A stretch of 64,000 nucleotides of DNA from Eledone cirrhosa (GCA_964016885.1 OZ024740.1:241242001-241306000); one strand, 5' to 3'. Positions 27,862 to 40,505 are shown, counted from the first letter of the stretch. A program made the numbers and translations. The notes: generated by a model from the letters alone, not told the origin.

Positions 27862-28560
27862 CCATCTTTCTGTGGTTGGCATATCAAAACACCCAGTTCA
27901 GCACCTTCTCACGACCCATGAGTGCCTTTTGCAAGTATTCGAACCAGTTTACCTTCAGGTGTTTAATATTATCAAGGAACACCGAATCTCTTTACGCTTT
28001 CTTAGATGCCAAAAAGTTTACATTTTTATAATTTCCTCCATCTTCTTTAACATCGATGAACTCCAATTCAATCTAGCCCCTGTGCATCTTATCTATCTGG
28101 AGTACGGAAAAAATAATCTCAAGTCTTAGCTGTAACCTATCTTTGCTGTTTGCTTTTATTCAAACTTCCTTCAACCCACCTCGCAACTAGCCTAGGATAT
28201 CTGCACTAGGATATCTGCAACAAAAATATCCAGTTACTCTTGCTCAAAATTTAAATCACCAACTGTTCTAATTGCTTTCCGAATTTATCCAATCACCAAC
28301 AATACTTAAACTACATCTTTTCCTATATTGAGGACATCTATTTCCTATAACATCTCTGTGAAGTCATAGTCGTCGTAGAAATCAATGTTCACAACTCTTC
28401 ACGACTTTCACAAGCATCACCTATTTATACCACAGGTGCAGAAACCAACCGAATCCTTTGGAATCTTCCTCTCTATATCAACTAGTTCCGCCTCAGCACA
28501 ATCCCTGCACCTGTCGGGTCGTCCTACCACAACTTTATCACGACTATCAATCACGCATAC
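27862..28560 (-). mobile_element. Degraded LINE remnant (RTE-like); related copy at 41515-41670
   Basis: Minus remnant NWFEYLQK...EKVLNW resembles the RTE C-terminal WFGH...K.VL.W. 28205-28370 aligns by eye with 41515-41670. Confidence 0.4.
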
Positions 28561-29800
28561 ACATACTGCGCAATGTACTAAAGGATACTATAGCATATAA
28601 TATCAGCTGACTGGGTGGAGATTCACCACTTCTGTGCTAACTTCCCAAGGCACCATATGTATATCACCCTTTACATATCAGAAACAACGGGTGACTATTC
28701 TCTGCCACATTCCTCTACATCCCACTTAACCAAACTCAGAACAATATGTCACATTTCGTCGTTTGAATAAAAGGTTCAGTTCGAATGTCCAAAAGTATTA
28801 GCGAATGCGATAGGCGCCTGACAAATGCGAGAGGCTACAACGGACGAAATGGCACATATGTTTTTTGTTATTTTTATACGATGCAATGGATAGTGAAAGT
28901 AGAAGGTAGAAATTCAACCGATAATATATACACGCACACATCTATAGACTAATTAGAAAATTATATTTACAATTAATGTAACTGTAAATATATGCAACAC
29001 TTTCCAGACAAACACACACACTCACATATATACATATAATGAAAAATAAGGAAGTATTCGGAAATCACTATGTCATTGTTGTTATACGCATTTCAGTAGC
29101 ATCAATTATGTAATTTATCCGACCTCGTCTGACAGCTATGATGTAATGTTTATACTGCGAGTATGTAATGTTTTATACTGCGAGTGTTTTATACTAGCAA
29201 GCATCACGTGGAGCATGTCCACTTCAACCACTGGCTGAATGTAGCTCACCTATAATCGGTTCTCATCACTCCCCCCTCCCCATCAATTATTAGAGAGTTA
29301 TTTGACCTTTTATGGTTATTTCAATGTTATTAGTCGAAGTCTCTTTGCTGGAGCTGGAAGTTAGATGCCTATCTCGCTTTGATAAATCTGATAACACAAT
29401 CACAAATGGGCTCTAAAGCAAAGGTTCTCAACCCCTTTTGCCCCTCGAAATCACGAAACGCCTCCCTACCCTATTTTTCCATTTTTCAATATACTATTGA
29501 TTTTGATATCAGTAGATTACTGGGCCAAATCAAGTTATGTTAGAATTTTTAAAAATACTCGTACGAATTAAATACAAAAAGTTTCAGTCCAAAGCTATTT
29601 CAAATTATATATTTTTGAAAAAAAGACGTGAATGTTCTCAAAGATTTGATCTCAGTCGAAAAAGCTTCTTTTTTTAAAAATTCTATATTTCACCGTTAGC
29701 TGTTGTAATATTTTGAGTGGATAGACAATTCTACAATTCAAACTGTAAAGTCTAAATACAAAAGATGCAAAATATGAAGAATTTCTTACCTTTCTCTGAA

Positions 29801-29836
<36 letters not shown>

Positions 29837-29933
29837 TGTGTGTGCCTTGGTTTTGGTACAGAAAGAATTTTGTCTCCAGTTTTTATTGCTAGGTCAAAGG
29901 CCACTGCTCTTTTCAACAACGCCAAATAACAAC

Positions 29934-29972
<39 letters not shown>

Positions 29973-30030
29973 TAAGTGAGAAAGAGGGAGAGACAGAGAG
30001 AGTAAGAAATGTGTGTGTGTTTGGTACACG

Positions 30031-30095
<65 letters not shown>

Positions 30096-30201
30096 TTATC
30101 TATCTCCAACAGGGGGCTCAAACATGCGGCCCGCGAACTACTTTTCTGTGGCCCGTGGTAGAACCTATATATATATATATATAAAATATATATGTGTGTG
30201 T

Positions 30202-30282
<81 letters not shown>

Positions 30283-30286
<4 letters not shown>

Positions 30287-31209
30287 TACACAATAATCAA
30301 AGCTATGTTCAAATCATTTTATTGCTGACAATCGTTTCTTCCAAACTGTCGTTTGGATTCATCGGAGCAGTACCAATGTGTGTACATATAATTAACCTCC
30401 TATTCAACCGAACAATTATATAGATACATGGATATTAATGTTGTCAACAGTTTCATATTTACATGAAATGTTGTCAACTGTTTCGTATCACATGAAATAA
30501 ACATATCAGGCAAAGCTATTTTTAAAATAAAACTATGTGTTTATGGTGGATGTAGTGTGACTGTTGTTTCTGTAATGTTTAAATGTATATGTGCTGAGAG
30601 TATCAATGTTATTGTTATGTTTCATGTGATACCTTTGCCTTGCAAAAAATTATATATGCCTAATACCATTGCTTGTTTCCTTCCTGTATATGACTAATGC
30701 ATTTGCACTCTCTTAACGCTTGCATATGTACTGCTAGTATCCTCGTTTTACGAGTAACTTTCTATCTTAATGCCTTAATTGTTATACTATTCCCTTATAA
30801 TCTCTGTCGCTTGCATTCCACTCTGTACCTTTATAATTTTTAATTTTTAATTTTAATTATTGTACAATTCTCTTGTAATCTATGTCGCATCCATTTCACC
30901 TTGTAAATACGAAACTGTTGACAACATTAATATCCATGTATCTATATGATTGTTCGGTTGAATAGGAGGTTAATTATATGTACAAACATTGCTACTGCTC
31001 CGATTAATCCAAACGATAGTTTGGAAGAAACGATTGTCAGCAATAAAATGATTTGAACATAGCTTTGATTATTGTGTAATTTATATTCCGGCTCTGTAAA
31101 ACATCTCATGTATTTACATTGTGGTCTTTTTTCTTACTGATAATAAGGTAGTAATAAATTACTGACCTTTCCTGTTTATAGTTGTATATAGTGTATACAT
31201 AACTATAAA

Positions 31210-31215
<6 letters not shown>
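30283..31215. mobile_element. Fold-back hammerhead-containing PLE-derived insert in (TA)n, family E
   Basis: Arms of about 170 bp (30283-30454 and 30911-31083), 455-bp spacer, tail to about 31215. Hammerhead TGCT-CCGATGA-ATCCAAAC GACA GTTTGGAA-GAAA-CGATTG-TC-AGCA. Confidence 0.8.
30323..30369 (-). ncRNA. Minimal type I hammerhead ribozyme
   Basis: Stem I TGCT/AGCA, core CCGATGA (U4C variant), 7-bp stem II TCCAAAC/GTTTGGA, GAAA, quasi-palindromic stem III, GUC. The plus-strand twin at 30996-31042 has G8 changed to T. Confidence 0.75.
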
Positions 31216-31283
<68 letters not shown>

Positions 31284-31301
31284 TACATATATATATATCT
31301 T

Positions 31302-34300
31302 TCACTCAGACTCAGACTCAGAAGCTCCCGCGTCTTGCGACGCATGAGGCAATCGCGTTCGGTCAGCAGCCAGTTGCACAGCGTCCCGCCATTGTCTGTT
31401 TGTCGCTCGCAGGTCCCTCTCAACTGTTTGGCGCCAGTTCATTTTGGGTCGCCCTCTCCATCTGCTTCCCTGCGGGCTCCATTTAAGTACTTGGTTCGCC
31501 AGTAACTCCGGGGGAAGTCTCAAAGCGTGTCCAAACCAGCCCAGGCGTCGCTTGCAGATGGTAGAAGAGACTAGCTGCTGGTTGGTGCGGTTCCTGACTT
31601 CCTGGTTTGTTACATGGTCACTCCATTTAATCCCCAGGATCTTTCGCAGACACCTGGAATCGAATGCCTCCAACTTCTTCTCTTGGCTGGTCTTAAGGTG
31701 CCATGTTTCACTTCCGTACAAAAGTATGGACAGCACGTTGCTGTTATAGAATCTCATCTTTGTTTTGAGGGTGAACTTCCTGCTCTTCCAGATCTTGTCA
31801 AGCTGGTTAAATGCTGCTGAAGCCTTTCCCATTCTACATTGCAGTTCACTGTCCATGATGCCCTCATTGTTAATGGAGCTTCCTAGGTAGGTGAAGTTGT
31901 CCACTATCTCCACTTCCCCCTGTTCAATGAAGACACTAGTTGGTGATTGGTGTGTCCCAGATAACATGCTTTTGGTCTTCTTGGCACTGATATTGAGACC
32001 TAAGCTTCCTGCTTCGACATTGATATTGTTCACAATGATTTGCAGGTCAGCTGTGCTCTCTGCAAGTGCAGCAATATCGTCCGCAAAGTCCAGGTCAGAC
32101 AACTTTTGCTCTCCCACCCAAGATATACCCTGGTCTTTAGACGCTCTTCTTAGTACCCAGTCAATGTCTATGGCAAAGAGAATTGGAGAGAGCGAGCAAC
32201 ATTGACGCACGCCAGTAACCACCTCAAACCAGTCACTGTTACCATCCTCTGTCCGTATGCAGCACTTGGAGTTTGCGTAAATCTGTTTGATTGCCGAAAT
32301 GATTTTCTGGGGTAGATCATACTCATGCATGATGCTCCAGAGCGACGGTCGATGAATGCTATCGAATGCTTAGGAGAAATCGATGAAGCTGATGGCGAGG
32401 GGCCTCTGGAATTCGTTGTACCTCTCAATGATGCGGCGTATCGTAAAGATCTGCTCTGCACAGGAACGTTTTGGTCGGAACCCTGCCTGTTGTTCTCGCA
32501 GTTCCCGGTCTACCATGCCACTTATGCGGTTCAGGATCATCAGACAATAGACCTTCCCTGGTATGGAGAGAAGTGTCACTCCCCTCCAGTTGTCACAATC
32601 GGCAAGGTTGCCCTTCTTGGGGATACAGACAACCGCTCCGTTTCTCCAGTCCTCTGGGACTTCACCCGTGTTCCACAAAAGATTACATAAGTGGCCCATC
32701 CACTTGACCATGCTTTCGCCTCCGGACTTCAGCATTTCAGCAGAAATGCCATCCATACCTGGTAACTTGTTATTCTTAAGGGTTTTGATGGCCATGCGGA
32801 CTTCCTTCTCGATGAAGTCATCAGTATTGATAGGTAACAAACTAGTAGGTTCCTTAGTTCTGCTGACATACGTGGCTCCGGTCGGTTGAGGACTTCCTTG
32901 AAATGTTCAGCCCATCTGACTAACTTTTCTTCGTCCTTGGAAAGCAGCATACCATCTTTCGCTTTCACCGGGCCTGAATTAGCTCTAGAGCTGCCGGTGA
33001 TTTTCTTGGCAATTTGGTACACGGAGCGCATGTCATTGCGTGCCTCAGCTGCTTCTGCCTCCTCTGCCTTACTCTCAAGCCACATTCGTTTGTCCTTTTG
33101 GGCGCTGCGTTTCACCTCCTTGTCCTTCTCAACATACTGCTGATATACTTTGATGGCCTCTGGGGTAGTGGCATGCCTCTGCTGGTGTAGGGCTTTCCTT
33201 TCATTAATTAGCTGCCAGGTGTTGTCGCTGAACCAAGCTTCTCTGAGGGACTTCCTGTAGCCCAGGATTTCTTCCCCTGCAGCTTCCATGGTCTTCTTCA
33301 TTCCCCCCCTCCCTCCAATTGACCGAGCCTGGTGCAGACTCCTCAAGGACAGCAAATCTGTTCCTCAAAGCAGCCTCGAACTGTGCTTCTATGTCACCGT
33401 TCTTCAGCTTGGCAGTGTCAAAACGCCTTGTAGTGGGTGCTTTCTTCTTCTGCTTCCTCAGTCTGATTTTAAGTTTGGTAACAGACAGATAGTGGTCACT
33501 GCAGACATCTGCGCCTCGGTAGACTCGGAGGTCCTGCAGGCAAGGAGTTCTCCATCTTGGGCCAATTGCAATGCGGTCTATTTGCGTCTTGGTCCTGTGG
33601 TCGTTCGAAGCCCATGTGACCTTGTGGATGTTCTTGCGGTCAAATAGTGACGAGCCGATTTTCATATTGTTCATGGCACAGAACTGGACAAACCTGTCCC
33701 CGTTGTCCGTGCAGTTTCCATAAGCATGGGGGCCAAGGACATGTTCAAAGCCAACCCTGCTTTCCCCGATCTGTGCGTTCATGTCTCCCATGATGATCAG
33801 GATGTCATGACGTGGGGTTTTGTTGACAATATCTTGTAGTTGCTGGTAGAAAGCGTCCTTGTCATCATCGTTATGTTCGTTGGTTGGAGCATAGCACTGA
33901 GCTATGGTGACCTTTGCGTGTGATGTGGTGAATCTTGCTGTCATTAGGCGTTCGTTGATAGGAGTCCACTCCTCAAGGGCATCACTAGCAGCCTTGTCCA
34001 TGATGATTGCAACTCCATCTCGGTGGGTCCCGTTCTGACTGCCTGAGAACAGGATGGTCTTGTTTTCATGGACAAACTTCCCAGAGTCAGTCCAGCGGAC
34101 CTCGCTGGGGCCCAGGATGCTAATTTTGTAGGCCTCCATTTCTCCGATAACTTGCGCAAGTTTGGATGGTTGGTACAGAGTTCTTATGTTCCAATATCCA
34201 ATACGTGTGGTTGTTTTTGCAGACAGAATTCTGGTCCTCAAGATGTCGGCTTCCTCATCGAGACTTTCGCCGACACCGGTCACACAATCTCCGGTTAGAG

Positions 34301-34403
34301 ACAACCGTTCTCCTGACTGCTTGGAATTTAAATCTGATGCACTATGAATTGTTTTCGTAGCAGGAGAGTTTTTCCGGGAACAGGTCGCTGACCTGAAGCC
34401 CAA
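31302..34403 (-). pseudogene. RTE ORF broken into four pieces (33204-34403, 32729-33355, 32370-32840, 31302-32330)
   Basis: Consecutive ORFs join into one APE-RT polyprotein across three frameshifts. Confidence 0.9.
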
Positions 34404-34711
34404 CCACTGACATTTAGTAAAGAGACAGTAAGTGGAGTAGTCTCTGGTAGAACTGCAAACCGATGGCCACGGAATATGGTGTGGGTCGCCTTCAGTCCTG
34501 GACCGGTGCCGAGGGAGGATTTCCTTCTGCTTTAACCAGTGGCTTCCTTGTTGAAGATCATACGCCTAGTGGTGCCGTGTCAGCACCCCCCCCCCTAACG
34601 TGGTTCAGTCCACCAGCTGAAGCGGTGTGCCGGGCATGGCGCTTGGAGCCACACGTGAGAGATTTAGGGGATGGGTGGGGGCGGGGGCGGTTCGTATGCA
34701 TGTACCCACAC
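31305..34711 (-). mobile_element. Full-length RTE-clade LINE (APE endonuclease plus RT), frameshifted
   Basis: APE motifs WNIRTL, SEVRW, QCYAPT, MGDMNA, SDH. RT motifs NWRGVTLLS, QAGFR, FIDF, GVRQ, FADD, FTYLGS. 3' (TCTGAG)n tail. Probable TSD CTTTCA at 31299-31304 and 34712-34717. Confidence 0.95.
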
Positions 34712-35255
34712 CTTTCATCACCATTACTTCTTTTTGTTGTCATTTCTGTTGAAGTTGTTCTTGTAACTGTTGTCAAAGTTGACGTCCTTATGTTCATTTT
34801 CTTTGATTTCTTTTGTTTTTCTTTTATCTCCCTAGAGAATTCGTTGACAAGCTTCTTTTATTTATTTTCTTCGTTTTCTTCATCAAATGCATTCAAACTG
34901 GCTGTCTAAGAGACGTACAAATATGACTTATAAAACTTACCAAACTAAAGGGGCTTCCAGCACCCCTCTAGCGCCCCAAAGCTTAAAATGCCCCCCTTTG
35001 GTCCAAAACGCCTCCTTTTGCCCCCCCCCCCCTGATCTCCTAAACGTATGCCCCCCCCCCCGTTGAGAACCTTTGCTCTAAAGCCATGTCAGTGGTGTGG
35101 GGTGACAAGTATTGATGTTCAAAATAGTAGAATATAAGCAAGGAGAACAACAATAACAGCAACAGCAGTGACAACAACAACCAATATCAACAGAGGGATG
35201 ATGGATAGCTATGAGAAACATGATACTTATTCGATCGTATTATAGATCAAACATT

Positions 35256-35310
35256 AAAAGTACCAGTAATACACTGGGTAATTGCTGGCCTTGTGCCAAA
35301 AGTAGAAACA
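35256..35310 (+). mobile_element. 55-bp SINE 3' stub with 17-bp TSD
   Basis: TSD ATTATAGATCAAACATT at 35239-35255 and 35311-35327. Confidence 0.85.
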
Positions 35311-35757
35311 ATTATAGATCAAACATTTCCCGGACACAGGATGGATATGAGTGTAATTAAACAGGAACAGATATGAATGTAAATGTAATTATAATGAGGA
35401 TGAAAATTCAAAAAAGGAACACACACACGCACATATATATTTAGAACATATATATATAAGACTGAATAAATATAAAAATACATAAGTATTACATTAGAGT
35501 AAAAATAATACAATTATGAATGTATGTATAAGTGTTTAAATGAGAGAGTAAGAGAGAAAATAAACGGTGATTGTGTGTTATACTAGCGCTAGTTAACGTC
35601 TAGATTAATTTAGTTGATACAATATTTAAAGGCATGTTACACTGTCATTTGTATTGATATGGTCTAGGTGTGTATGGAAATTATTATCAGCACCAGGTTC
35701 AGTGTGAGAATAATGTGTATTGTATCATCGCTGGTATAATGTCTTGAGTAGGCCAGG

Positions 35758-35853
<96 letters not shown>

Positions 35854-35855
<2 letters not shown>

Positions 35856-36057
35856 CGAAGGAAATGTGGTAAGGAACCAGGTGGACCATAACGCACCAAA
35901 GTACTCAATACTTGGGGTAGTAGAGTGGGTAATAGGAACCAGTAAGACCCCGACGGCTGAGCTCAAGCCGTTTCGACGGCTAATTCTGGACTGAATAGTC
36001 CAGAATTAGCCGTCGAAACGGCTTGAGCTCAGCCGTCGGGGTCTTACTGGTTCCTAT
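35854..36057. mobile_element. Perfect fold-back insert in (TA)n, family A
   Basis: Perfect 61-bp arms 35932-35992 and 35997-36057 with a 4-nt loop. Tail 35854-35931. Holds the 3' half of the hammerhead (GAAA-CGGCT...AGCCG-TC-GGGG). Confidence 0.9.
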
Positions 36058-36256
36058 ATATATATATATATGTGTAGATAAATCTACCAAAATATACGGT
36101 AGTGTCCAATGCGTATAAAGAACTCAATGTAATCCAAATAAAAGAAAAGATGTATTCAACAATTTTTTCGATGAAAATCACAGGAAAACAGAGTCAAGAT
36201 AAATTAATAAAAACAATGAATAAAAACAAAGAAACAGTTCCTTATATTAAAAAATT

Positions 36257-36390
36257 CATCATTTTACGATTGTTTCTAGGATATATATGTGTGTTGGTAT
36301 GTATATTATATAGATCTATGTAAACATTTTACAAACTATCAGAGGGAATATACATACCTACACATATATATGCTGTCTTCAGAAATAATG
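36257..36390 (-). ncRNA. Type I hammerhead with about 100-nt stem II insertion
   Basis: Stem I CATTATTT/AAATGATG (8 bp, one G-U), CTGAAGA, GAAA, CAATCG (CGATCG in the 54640 copy), GUA. Confidence 0.65.
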
Positions 36391-37085
36391 ATATTTGTTT
36401 ATTGAAAAATACTAACAAATATTTAATATAATAGGTCTGTTTGGGAACAGGTTTTGAATTGACCAATAGAAGAGTAGTAAGTGGTCAAGTTGATAGAATA
36501 GTAGTAGTAGAAATTTAATTTAGGCGTAGAGGAATGCAGACTTCAGTTTTGAATAGAAATAATACTTTGAATGAAAAGATTACTTTGGGGATGAAAATAG
36601 GTCAATCCGGTGAAAGGTACACGAAAATTTGATGTTATTAAAGAATAATGCTAATGTTAAAATCGAAGGAGAATAAAATTTTAGGATAAATGTGTTAGTG
36701 AGAAATATCAATCTTATTAAAAACATAAGGAATGTAGATCTATAAAAAGAAATTAAATTAATTTAATTGATAGGTATACTTATAGGGATAAATTTATATT
36801 AATTCATATAGATGTGATAAATAAGAGGTAGATGTTATTAAAGAATGTTGTTAAAAAGGAAGAAAAAGAATTTTTTTGGGGGGATAAATGTATTAGTGAG
36901 AAATAACAAACTTATATAGACTACAAGGAATTTAGATTCATAACAGGAAATGTAAAAAAACCCATCAAACTAACCATAATACTAAAATAAACCGCAGCAA
37001 ACCACCATCTCCTTCACATACAACAAGTCAAGTAAATTCCACACCTAATTTGACTAACCCCCCTGATATAATATTCACGAATGGT

Positions 37086-37513
37086 TGTAACTGTAGAAAC
37101 AAAGCAAATTGCCCATTAAAAGGAAATTGCCTTATTAATAACATAGTATATAAATGTAAAATTAGCACTAAGGACTCAACTTATTCATATATAAATTGGT
37201 TACTTCTAACCAATTTAAAGTAAGATTTAATACACACAAACACAGTTTTAAAAATGCCGCATTAGCTAACACAACATCCTTGGCTGAAATAATTAATAAT
37301 TATAGAAAAAAGAATATCGATTATAACCTGACCTGGAGTGTGCACAAAAGGGCCACCCCTTATCAAAATAACAGATATGAGTGTAGATTATGTTCCCAGG
37401 AACCTTTTGAAATAATGAAATCTAAGGATATCCTATTAAATAAGCGACAAGAATTAATTATATCGTGCAATCATAGAATTAGAAGAACTTTCAAATATTA
37501 TAAACCTAATTAA
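37086..37513 (+). pseudogene. GIY-YIG endonuclease C-terminus of a PLE (one frameshift)
   Basis: Same motif order as the endonuclease at 22510-22930. Confidence 0.85.
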
Positions 37514-38213
37514 TATACACTTTTATTTTACAAATTATTATAATTAGTTTTTTTTTTAAATTTAGTTAACCTATAATTAGTATTTTACTACTGAGAACTT
37601 CATAATTTTATTTCCCTTTTACAGCTATCTTTTCCTAAAATTAATACCTAGAAGTATACATATAAACTATTTTAATTTCCTGTTATGAATCTAAATTCCT
37701 TGTAGTTTATATAAGTTTGTTATTTCTCACTAATACATTTATCCCGCCCCCCCCCAATTTCTTTTCCTTCGTTTTTAACAACATTATTTAATAACCTCTA
37801 ACTCTTATTTATCACATCTATATGAATTAATATAAATTTATCCCTATAAGTATACCTATCAATTAAATTAATTTAATTTCTTTTTATAGATCTAAATTCC
37901 TTATGTTTTTAATAAGATTGGTATTCTCCTTCGATTTTAACATTAGCATTATTCTTTAATAACATCAAATTTTCGTGTACCTTTCACCGGCTTGACCTCT
38001 TTTCATCCCCAAAGTAATCTTTTCATTCAAAGTATTATTTCCATTCAAAACTGAAGTCTGCATTCCTCTACCCCTAAATTAAATTTTTACTACTACTATT
38101 CTATCAACTTGACTACTTACTACTCTTCTATTGGTCAATTCAAAACCTGTTCCCAAACAGACATCTTTGTTGGTGTTTTTCAATAAACAAATATCATTAT
38201 TTCTGAAGACAGC

Positions 38214-38394
38214 GGTGGATTGGCAGTATCGGTAGAGGGTCGGACGCCATGCTTTCCAGCATAGTTACGTCCCTTTACGATCTGAGTTCAAATCCCGCCG
38301 AGGTTGACTTTGCCTTTCATCCTTACGGGGTCGATAAAATAAAGTACCAGTAATGCACTGGGTAATTGCTGGCCTTATGCCTAAAGTAGAAACA
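38214..38394 (+). mobile_element. Full-length SINE inserted in the PLE hammerhead core, 18-bp TSD
   Basis: TSD ATTATTTCTGAAGACAGC at 38196-38213 and 38395-38412. The empty site is visible in the opposite arm (about 36372-36389). Confidence 0.95.
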
Positions 38395-38580
38395 ATTATT
38401 TCTGAAGACAGCATATATATGTGTAGGTATGTATATTCCCTCTGATAGTTTGAAAATTTTTACATAGATCTATATGATATACATATCAACACACACATAT
38501 ATATCCTAGAAACAATCGTAAAATGCTGAATTTTTTAATATAAGGAACTGTTTCTTTGTTTTTATTCATTGTTTTTATTA

Positions 38581-38653
<73 letters not shown>

Positions 38654-39805
38654 GTAGGACAAGCGATTTTCTATTTGCAACCAATGGTTTGATGAGATAA
38701 GTAAAACATGAAAGAAGAGAGGAGATAGCGTTGGAGATAATTCTTGTTTGATTGCAAAACAAAATACACCAAATCGTTTCGGTCCTGTTTGAACTCTTCG
38801 AATTGAAAGTGTTTACGCTTTTGTAACTTGCCAGAGAGAAAAAAGTATCTCTAACAAAATACATTATCTTACAACGGTACTTTTAGTGTTCCATCATTTT
38901 ATATGTCTACCTGATTGTGAAACGAATGGTAATATATGATAGACAAGTTAACAGATTTATCTACCAATGGTCTAAATATACAGTCAATGACTGATGATGA
39001 AAACTATAAGAAGATATATAACGATTGGGTGTTTTTCAAAGAACATAAACACAAGAACGAAACAAATATAGCAATTAGTTTCTGAATTCAATAAATCAAT
39101 AGTTCAAACGTTCTAACTGTTTGAGTACAGTATTAATAGCTATTTAGTTTGTTGTTTGGTGAGGTCTCTGTCAGTCATATAAGGACCAAACACTACTGGT
39201 TGCTATATGTATCAAACGAAAAGAAAGAAGAAGCCTAGCATGCGACATGAAAATGCTCTAAAGAGCATTTTCATCTCGCATTGTATTCTGTTGGCAACCT
39301 TTATTAACCCTCAAATGCCATGGTGTTCTGAGAGAAATACATTACATCACGAGGGCTAGAAAAAACTTTTAGGTAACTACCCGGCTGTAAATGATCGTAA
39401 ATGCATGCCAAGAATAGCTGGACAATTTAATCGTAAATCATTTATGGAAGTAGAAAATATATTTTCTGTATATCAACAGACAGTCGTGCATAGCTAATTT
39501 CCGCGAAGGCCCGAGAATTACAACAATACAGATAAACAGAACTGTCTAGCTTTAAGAGGTGACTCCTGTATTACATTTCGTTTTAAGATCCATGAACAGG
39601 AAATATACAACAACAGAATGAAACAGAAGGTAATATATTTTGCTGTCATCTGTGAAGATTAATGTTGAAAATGTGAGCCACATTATTCCAAGTTGTTCGA
39701 AAATATATTTGTAGTATTACATTCCTATGAGGCATTGTATTGTAGCAAAACCACTGTACAATGAAATTGGTAGGGCTTACAGCTCGGGAGATCAATACAT
39801 TAGAA

Positions 39806-39955
39806 CGGGCATGGGCAACCTTTTTCTAGCATAGAATGTAGCTTATCATATGGCCGGCCGCACTACTAAAAAATTCAAGGCAATTTTGTAAGCGTGCCAT
39901 TCAGAAAGCCAAACGGGGCGCATGCGGCTCGCAGGCTGCAGTTTGCCCATGACTG
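39806..39955. mobile_element. hAT/Charlie-type MITE
   Basis: TIRs CGGGCATGGGCAAC and TTTGCCCATGACTG. TSD CATTAGAA/CATTAGGA. Subterminal GCGGCTCGC motifs. Confidence 0.75.
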
Positions 39956-40442
39956 CATTAGGAGCTACAGATACTTGGAATACAGGCAAACACACAAAAG
40001 TAAATCTAATCTAGTATAATTTCTTAGAGCACATGACGTAAAAACCACTCTGTTGAATTTGTCTTTGTCAGTTTAGAAATAAATGAAAAATATATGAATA
40101 CATATGGTAAACTAAAAAGAAATTCCCAAATACTATAAAGTGAGGCTTATAGTTGCAGCAACAAAACACTTGAAAGGTTGGGCTTCCTATAATACGAAGT
40201 GAAAATAGTTACCTTTAAAGCTAAAAGTCAATTCCGTGAATGTAATTGTTAAAATTCTCAAAATGTTCTAGAAGTTCAAACTAAAAAGAATCCAATGATA
40301 ATGTCAACAGTAAAACACACACACACACAGAGTCACGCACACACGCGACGCGCACATACACACATACATATTTACACATATATCCATCTTAAAATGCAGA
40401 TGATTATATTACGTCTTGGTTTGATGAGATAAAATACTGAAG

Positions 40443-40505
<63 letters not shown>

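Larger units (their letters stand above)
29419..35075. mobile_element. Non-autonomous hAT (Charlie-like) element hosting nested insertions
   Basis: Perfect 14-bp TIRs CAAAGGTTCTCAAC and GTTGAGAACCTTTG. Perfect 8-bp TSD CTCTAAAG at 29411-29418 and 35076-35083. Confidence 0.85.
36072..38586 (+). mobile_element. PLE with long inverted pseudo-LTRs, GIY-YIG remnant and hammerheads, family F
   Basis: Inverted arms at about 36199-36951 and 37675-38586, tail 36072-36198, (TA)n on both sides. GIY-YIG CNCRNKANCPLKGNC...IVYKC...FKVRFNTH...CRLC...LNKRQE...CNHR. Confidence 0.9.

Noticed and set aside
31444-34360. Plus-strand ORFs overlapping the RTE element
   Set aside because: Antisense shadows of a GC-richer coding sequence, with no recognisable motifs.
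38214-38300. tRNA-like A and B boxes
   Set aside because: These are SINE heads with no cloverleaf, so they are not tRNA genes.
39518-39649. Minus-strand 43-aa ORF MTAKYITFCFILLLYISCSW..., resembling a signal peptide
   Set aside because: Short, with no donor site or homology. Hydrophobic ORFs are expected in AT-rich DNA.
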